Source: Psychrobacter sp. DM4
GTDB taxonomy: Bacteria; Pseudomonadota; Gammaproteobacteria; Pseudomonadales; Moraxellaceae
Assembly: GCF_051307035.1 (NCBI RefSeq)
Contig: NZ_CP195536.1
Span: 1,980,001 to 2,012,000 of the forward strand
DNA length: 32,000 bases
Reading direction: 5' to 3'
The position numbers and the translations under genes are program-made. Below, piece by piece: positions 27,026-32,000 of the stretch. Position 1 is the first letter of the stretch; every line of letters begins with the position of its first letter. The notes beneath the pieces were generated by a model. That model worked only from the letters and a program-made list of their open reading frames with translations, was not told the origin of the DNA and made no database searches.

Positions 27026-28111
27026 CTAACAACAACCGCCTGAACTGCTAGAGGTATTTGTAGTAGCGACCATCGGCGCAACCTCTACTAGTTGATTGCC
27101 TTGCGACTGACCAAACGGTATCGAATCACCGCAACCAGCAAAGATGCCATAATGCTGGCTGTTATCGCCAATAAATTCAAAGTGCGGCGCAAAACGAGAC
27201 TCTTTGAGCATTTGATAAGTATTCGCGCAGACCGAAAACACCCGACCCGTCTCGATACTATGATGCTTATCAAGATCAAAGCGATGAGGTAGCTGATCAA
27301 TACTGCCTTTGTAAATCACGGCTTGTCCATAATCTTCACAAGCATCTTCTATTGACTCGCTCTTAAAGAGACGATAAGTGGCAGAAAAGAACTTGATCTC
27401 GCCAATTTTTGCTGCCAGTAAAGGATCAGTAATCTCAAGCGGACGATCTTCGACAAGTCTTGGATCTAAAAATTTGGCATCACGTGATAAGCGCTCAAAA
27501 TCTTTCCAATAAAGTGCGCCGCTTAAACACTCCCCATACAACACAGGATCTTCAACTAAGTGCTGAGGGATGCGGCGATCTGAATATACATCAGAAAAAT
27601 AAAACTCACCACCAGGCTTTAGCAGACGCTGTACGCTAGCCATTACCGCAGCTTTGTCAGTCGATAAATTGATAACGCAGTTTGAGACGATTATATCGAA
27701 GCTATTATCTTCTAGATCAAGCTCATCTAACGTTTCAAGATAGCCTTTTATAAAGGTGACGTTTTCGTAGCCAAATTTATCGCTATGATAGTCCTGATGC
27801 TCCTTTGCAATAGCTAATTGCTCATCAGTCATATCTATACCAACGACATGACCACTGCTTCCTACGAGCTGCGCTAAGGCGTAAACATCACGACCAGAGC
27901 CACTGCCTAAATCTAGTATACGGCAGCCCTCTAGTAGTGCTGGGCAGACAAGCCCGCAACCATAATAACGACTCAACACATCGTCATGAATATTAGCCAA
28001 TAGCGGTTTGAGCCAATTAGGCATGTTGCTGACATCACAGCACGCTGAGGTTTTTAGATCAGCTGTACTCTGTAGCTGTTTACCGTAATAATCTTGTACT
28101 ACATCTTGCAT
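27026..28111 (-). CDS. arsM: ArsM-like As(III) S-adenosylmethionine methyltransferase
   Basis: 361 aa. SAM motif 'ILDLGSGSGRDVY'. All four Cys contexts typical of ArsM are present: 'SACCD', 'YYGCGLVCP', 'VSNCVINL' and 'YGECLSGAL'. The C-terminal tail ends 'SSSSGGCC'. Confidence 0.8.
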   Translation of the reverse strand: MQDVVQDYYGKQLQSTADLKTSACCDVSNMPNWLKPLLANIHDDVLSRYYGCGLVCPALLEGCRILDLGSGSGRDVYALAQLVGSSGHVVGIDMTDEQLAIAKEHQDYHSDKFGYENVTFIKGYLETLDELDLEDNSFDIIVSNCVINLSTDKAAVMASVQRLLKPGGEFYFSDVYSDRRIPQHLVEDPVLYGECLSGALYWKDFERLSRDAKFLDPRLVEDRPLEITDPLLAAKIGEIKFFSATYRLFKSESIEDACEDYGQAVIYKGSIDQLPHRFDLDKHHSIETGRVFSVCANTYQMLKESRFAPHFEFIGDNSQHYGIFAGCGDSIPFGQSQGNQLVEVAPMVATTNTSSSSGGCC

Positions 28112-28164
28112 GATTTTTTTCCTTCAAAGGTAATAGTTGTAGAGATAGAGACATCTCTAATTTA

Positions 28165-28800
28165 TCAATCAGTTATCGTATAATCGGCTAGCCAGTCAGT
28201 AGGCAAATACTGTAGATCACTGGGCTCATCGATATCATGCAAGGTCTCAAGTATACGCAATGACCAGTCTAATTCCACTAATCGCTGTTGGGTGACTGCG
28301 GCAACGTTACTGATGCTCCAAGTCATATCTGAGAACAGGCGCTCGTGAGTTTGCTTGAAGCCTAAAAGCACATAGCCACCGTCTGAAGCTGGAATCATCA
28401 CACTATCACAGCTATCTAGTTGCTGCGCGGCACTTTGAATAACTGTCGTTGACAGACTAGGGCAATCTGTCCCTATTAGTAACACCTTTTCAAATTTTGT
28501 CAAAGCTTGCGCACTAGCTGTGAGCATACGAGTACCTAAGTCGCCATTGGCTTGTACTGACCACAGCAGTGACCTAGGTAAATCTAGCGTCTGCCAGCAC
28601 GGGTCATTTGGCGCCGGACTCACACATAACTCGACGGCAAGCCCAGTTGCTACTGCTTGCTCTATACTATGTAGCAATAGTTTACGCGCCATACGCGCAG
28701 AACCTGCGATACCAAGGGCGGGTTGCAGGCGAGTTTTGGCCATGCCTTCGGCAGGGAATTTGGCAAAGACAATAAGGCAGGTTGGTTGTTTTTGATTCAT
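28165..28800 (-). CDS. DUF2064 / CofC-MobA-like transferase (rSAM/selenodomain-associated 'transferase 1' type)
   Basis: 'CLIVFAKFPAEGMAKTRL', 'LLIGTDCPSL', 'IPASDGGYVLLG' match the DUF2064 nucleotidyl-transferase-like family. It is tightly packed after the GT2 gene. Start at ATG 28800, or 28809. Confidence 0.7.
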   Translation of the reverse strand: MNQKQPTCLIVFAKFPAEGMAKTRLQPALGIAGSARMARKLLLHSIEQAVATGLAVELCVSPAPNDPCWQTLDLPRSLLWSVQANGDLGTRMLTASAQALTKFEKVLLIGTDCPSLSTTVIQSAAQQLDSCDSVMIPASDGGYVLLGFKQTHERLFSDMTWSISNVAAVTQQRLVELDWSLRILETLHDIDEPSDLQYLPTDWLADYTITD

Positions 28801-28817
28801 GATAAGCATATTTTCTT

Positions 28818-29540
28818 TTATTGGTAATAGCGCTTTTTGATATTATCAGCAGATACGCCGCGCCAATAATCAAAACGCAGCTGCCACATTAGAGCAATCG
28901 TGCGCCAAGTGCCATGCTGTCGCCAGCGCCGCGCCGAGGTGGTAACTTTACTCTTCAAACAAGCAGGTTTGCCGATGGATTTTAAGCGTTTACTTACTTC
29001 AATATCTTCCATTAATGCTTGATTGGGATAACCGTTTATTTCTTCAAAGACTTTACGTTTAATAAAAATAGCTTGGTCACCAGTGGCAATACTACTCAAT
29101 CGTGAGCGCAAATTTATCATTTGGCCAACTAGCTTGAGCGTCCAATCAGGGCTATCTAGGCGCACATCAAAACGACCCCACTTAGCGCCTTGATACATTA
29201 CCCTAGCAATATCTAATATCGACGCAGTTGGTAATATCGTATCGGCATGCAAGAACAGCAGTACATCGCCAGTAGCGAGCGCGGCGCCCTCGTTCATTTG
29301 CGTCGCGCGTCCTGCTTTTGACTCAACCACTTGCCAATCTGTAGCCGATTGACTATCAATAGTCAGACTTTTTATCATTTGCTTAGCGAGTGCCAAAGAA
29401 TTATCGTTTGAGCTACCATCGACCATGATAACTTCTTTCGGCGCTGGGTTGAGTCCATTAATATGAGCAAACAAATGAGGCAGATTATCTGCCTCATTGA
29501 GTATGGGAATAATAATAGAAACCGTAACAATGGCGGTCAT
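28818..29540 (-). CDS. Family-2 glycosyltransferase (rSAM/selenodomain-associated 'transferase 2' type)
   Basis: 'VSIIIPILNEADNL', 'VIMVDGSSNDNS', 'LLFLHADTILP', 'GDQAIFIKRKVFEEINGYP...MEDIE' give the GT-A fold DxD/ED pattern. The ATG at 29540 is preferred, and the listed GTG at 29552 is possible. Confidence 0.8.
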   Translation of the reverse strand: MTAIVTVSIIIPILNEADNLPHLFAHINGLNPAPKEVIMVDGSSNDNSLALAKQMIKSLTIDSQSATDWQVVESKAGRATQMNEGAALATGDVLLFLHADTILPTASILDIARVMYQGAKWGRFDVRLDSPDWTLKLVGQMINLRSRLSSIATGDQAIFIKRKVFEEINGYPNQALMEDIEVSKRLKSIGKPACLKSKVTTSARRWRQHGTWRTIALMWQLRFDYWRGVSADNIKKRYYQ

Positions 29541-29560
29541 ATTTGCTAGCACTCACCTTT

Positions 29561-30382
29561 TTACTTTTTATTCAAATTCCAATTATAGTTGGTGTAGCTA
29601 ATCTTGGTTTTGCCTGCTTTTAGATCCGCAGTTTGTGATTTATTGAGACCTAAAGATGAATTGTAGCGAGCTAAGAACCCTTCTAAATCACCGGTACCGC
29701 GCCAGTTGCTCTCAAAATCTTCTTTGTACCATTTAAAAATAGGCGAGACCTCAAGCGTACTCCCTTTAAGACGGTTACGGCTACTATCCGCTAGGAACTT
29801 ACTGGTTACTTGCTCTAACTGCTTATCCAATTTGCTAGCAGTAAAAGCGTCGTTCAAGAGTGCAGGACAGCCGATGCTCGCGCAATTAACCGCAAAATGA
29901 ATTCGCGGTTCGTTATAACGCTTAGAGCCACGAATGAGATTGTGTTCAATATCGTCAAGCGAACGCGTTTTTCCTAACAAAGGAATGAAATCTTGCTTCC
30001 ACGGCGAGCCAAATATGCCACCGATATCCTTGATTGACTTGATACTAGGGTATTTGGTCAAAACCAACTCTACGGTGCCTGCGTTATAGACGTTAATCAA
30101 AAATGCCAACTGCTCGTCTTTACTCCAACGATTGAATTCAGATTGACTGACTTTGCTCGTCGCTGCCATGTAGCTATCAAGTTTGCTTTTATCAGCTTTC
30201 ATACCGTTGTAATTGACGACAGAGGCTTTACCACCATTGGTCATCGTCACGTTTTTATTTAGCAAACTATCCCAGCTACTATGATTAAAATCGGCATAAG
30301 CGGCGCTTGATAGCATGAGCGTGGCAGCGATAAAGGTTTTAGTCATTGAGATATTTGACAGTGGTACTTTATTATTAAACAT
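29561..30382 (-). CDS. DUF547-domain protein with N-terminal signal peptide
   Basis: The ATG at 30382 has RBS 'ggag' 8 nt upstream. The signal-like N-terminus reads 'MTKTFIAATLMLSSAAYA'. DUF547 core: 'AFLINVYNAGTVELVL', 'HFAVNCASIGCPALL'. The listed 30490 start would overlap the upstream arsS-like gene and adds an Arg-rich, non-homologous extension. Confidence 0.75.
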   Translation of the reverse strand: MFNNKVPLSNISMTKTFIAATLMLSSAAYADFNHSSWDSLLNKNVTMTNGGKASVVNYNGMKADKSKLDSYMAATSKVSQSEFNRWSKDEQLAFLINVYNAGTVELVLTKYPSIKSIKDIGGIFGSPWKQDFIPLLGKTRSLDDIEHNLIRGSKRYNEPRIHFAVNCASIGCPALLNDAFTASKLDKQLEQVTSKFLADSSRNRLKGSTLEVSPIFKWYKEDFESNWRGTGDLEGFLARYNSSLGLNKSQTADLKAGKTKISYTNYNWNLNKK

Positions 30383-30447
30383 AAGATAAGCTCCGTTGAT
30401 GCTAATGATAATATTGGTTTTATGAATAAGAGTGCCTAGAACCTGCT

Positions 30448-31425
30448 CTAAACCACTTTTACCTTTTCTTCTTCTAAAGCACCGCCACAACTACTGCCTT
30501 GTCCTGCCGTACAACCATAACAATGGTCGCCAATAGCAATATCGTCGCCAGTAGGGTTTTGGGTAAGTAGATTGCGTAGATGTCTTCGCGATCTGTTGGG
30601 TACAGGCATCTCTAACTGTTGATTAAAATCGCAATCAAATAACTCACCAAGCCAGTTGACACTAATCGTCGAGCGGCACATCACATCGGTTAAATTGTGA
30701 GCGTCATAGTTGTCTTTTAGCAGATTCATATAGGGATGAAATTCGTTTTTGGCGAGTAGCACTGCGCCAAAGCGCTGAATAGGCATATTGGTCAAGGCAA
30801 ACAATTGATTAAACTCGATATCGAAGTGCTCTTTTAACTCGCGCTTATAGTCCGCCTCTAGTAATTGCTGGTTGGGCGGCAAAGAGGCGCCCTGTGGGTT
30901 ATAAACAAGATTCAATGTCAACCCTGTATCTGCCCTTCCAAACCCAAATGCGTTGAGCTTATGCAGTCCCAAGATACTATCGTCAAATGCGCCTTTGCCG
31001 CGCTGTTTGTCGACGTTCTCAAGCGAGTAACAAGGCAGTGAGGCGACTACTTCGACCTCATTATCTGCCAAAAACTGTGCCATATCCTCATAACCCTCTT
31101 CCATCAAGATCGTTAAATTGCAACGATCAATGACTTTAACCCCTAGTGCGCGAGCTTCTTTTACTAAGTATTTAAAATCGTCATGCATCTCAGGAGCACC
31201 GCCTGTGAGATCAAGCGTGTCCATATCTTGCGCTTGTAATACGTCTACTATCAGCTCAACTAACTCACGCGACATCATCTCAGTCCGATAAGGACTGGCA
31301 GCCACATGACAATGGACACAAGACATGTTGCACAGATAGCCCATATTCACCTGTAGTGTTGTCAGCTCACGTCGCTTGATCGCTGGGAAGTCTGTATGTT
31401 CAAGCAGCTCAATAGTAGATTTCAT
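30448..31425 (-). CDS. arsS: Radical SAM / Cys-rich-domain protein, ArsS-like
   Basis: 325 aa. Radical SAM cluster motif 'CNMSCVHCHV', 'LDLTGGAPEMH', and the C-terminal Cys-rich tail 'HCYGCTAGQGSSCGG' that characterises this family. Confidence 0.8.
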   Translation of the reverse strand: MKSTIELLEHTDFPAIKRRELTTLQVNMGYLCNMSCVHCHVAASPYRTEMMSRELVELIVDVLQAQDMDTLDLTGGAPEMHDDFKYLVKEARALGVKVIDRCNLTILMEEGYEDMAQFLADNEVEVVASLPCYSLENVDKQRGKGAFDDSILGLHKLNAFGFGRADTGLTLNLVYNPQGASLPPNQQLLEADYKRELKEHFDIEFNQLFALTNMPIQRFGAVLLAKNEFHPYMNLLKDNYDAHNLTDVMCRSTISVNWLGELFDCDFNQQLEMPVPNRSRRHLRNLLTQNPTGDDIAIGDHCYGCTAGQGSSCGGALEEEKVKVV

Positions 31426-31620
31426 AAGGTATGGCCTTTATGTGATGGCAGTTTTGATTGATCAAACATTCCAATTGTAAAATATAGCGTTTTTATTCTT
31501 GATTAATTTGCTCGCCTGCAATAGTAGAGTATCTTAAAACTATAGAGATAAGTAGCATTTTTGAGTGATAACTCATTTATTATTGCACTATTTGACGATA
31601 CTATTGTGACGCTAGATAAT

Positions 31621-31642
31621 AGACCATGTAACTAAATGGTCT
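31621..31642 (-). terminator. Weak hairpin between the oxidoreductase and arsS-like genes
   Basis: 'agaccat' (31621-31627) pairs with 'atggtct' (31636-31642). Only a weak U-tract ('attat') follows on the minus strand. Confidence 0.3.
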
Positions 31643-31698
31643 AAACAGACTAAATTATTGTTTTTTAAATAGATTTTACTTTTTTCTCATACAAAAGT

Positions 31699-31998
31699 TT
31701 ACTTATATGACGCTACAAAACGCTTATCGATGTAGCGTTTGACGTACCAAATCCAGCGGCCTTGTAGGCTGTACTTACCCCAGCTACCGATAGCGTATAT
31801 ATCACCGCAGGACAATAAATATAGAGTACGCGCGCGTGGTTTGTACTCTTTTAACGGCTCATTAGCCAAGTACGCCATCAGATTGTTTGCTTCCACCGCG
31901 CCACCATGCACCGCGTGTACACCTGAATGTGCCACATCTTGGTCAGTGCGCGTTGCGACATCACCTACCGCGAATACATTGGCATGTGAAGTACTTTG
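31699..31998 (-). CDS. FAD-dependent pyridine nucleotide-disulfide oxidoreductase, C-terminal part (5' end beyond window)
   Basis: The frame stays open from 31935 to the window end. My own translation of 31936-31998 gives 'QSTSHANVFAVGDVATRTDQD', which joins the listed 'VAHSGVHAVHGG...'. 'NVFAVGDVA' is the second FAD-binding motif of NDH-2/SQR-like flavoproteins. Confidence 0.75.
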   Translation of the reverse strand, partial: QSTSHANVFAVGDVATRTDQDVAHSGVHAVHGGAVEANNLMAYLANEPLKEYKPRARTLYLLSCGDIYAIGSWGKYSLQGRWIWYVKRYIDKRFVASYK

Positions 31999-32000
31999 CT

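Noticed and set aside
30383-30490. Long N-terminal extension of the DUF547 ORF ('MWRCFRRRKGKSG...') overlapping the 3' end of the arsS-like gene.
   Set aside because: The extension is Arg-rich and non-homologous, and it lacks an RBS. An internal ATG at 30382 has a GGAG RBS and yields a canonical signal peptide.
30448-31425. Selenocysteine (in-frame TGA) recoding in the ArsS-like gene.
   Set aside because: The ORF is uninterrupted and the family's C-terminal motif is encoded with TGT Cys codons, so no recoding is needed.
1-32000. Possibility that the Ter cluster or the ArsS cluster is a mobile genomic island.
   Set aside because: I saw no integrase, transposase, IS ends, flanking tRNA or long direct repeats. 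Both clusters are interleaved with core genes (thiMED, acnB, lipA). I could not compute GC or codon bias, so island status is simply unsupported rather than disproven.
1-32000. CRISPR arrays, rRNA or tRNA genes.
   Set aside because: There are no regularly spaced repeats of 25-40 bp and no recognisable tRNA cloverleaf or rRNA segments. The only tandem repeats are the 6-bp and 15-bp ones reported.

Overview
No database search was possible, so every call rests on reading the translations and the DNA by eye. This looks like a chromosomal segment of an AT-leaning gammaproteobacterium. Protein sequences and gene content look Moraxellaceae/Psychrobacter-like, but that cannot be verified here. I support about 30 protein-coding genes. 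I recognised no rRNA, tRNA, CRISPR array, transposase or integrase.

Left third (1-10.7 kb): a tellurite-resistance-type Ter locus. It holds a 5'-truncated TerD-family gene, a convergent two-domain TerA-like gene, and the Ter-linked biosynthetic module (ATP-grasp, PRTase+TRSP-like, HAD, PRTase+L7Ae/PELOTA-like, HpcH/CitE-like lyase). Comparative genomics has predicted that this module makes a nucleoside-like metabolite whose identity is still unknown. Here the module is split by an antisense SotB-like MFS efflux gene, and its main operon is led by an unusual TerD-like::trypsin-like serine protease fusion.

Middle: a TPP riboswitch with translationally coupled thiM-thiE-thiD, a decayed EamA/DMT transporter, an alpha/beta hydrolase with a hexanucleotide microsatellite across its stop codon, a crotonase-family gene, a DUF805 gene, acnB, a CMD-family gene, lipA, a GFA-family gene, a TAXI-type TRAP operon (binding protein, DUF1850, fused permease) and MTA phosphorylase.

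Right end (27.0-32.0 kb, minus strand): an ArsM/ArsS-type cluster. It runs from an FAD-dependent oxidoreductase (5' end beyond the window) through radical SAM/Cys-rich ArsS-like, exported DUF547, GT2 transferase and DUF2064 transferase to an ArsM-like methyltransferase. This matches the family set annotated as 'arsenosugar biosynthesis / rSAM-selenodomain-associated'.

The Ter-linked cluster with its protease fusion and the ArsS cluster are the two regions most worth follow-up.
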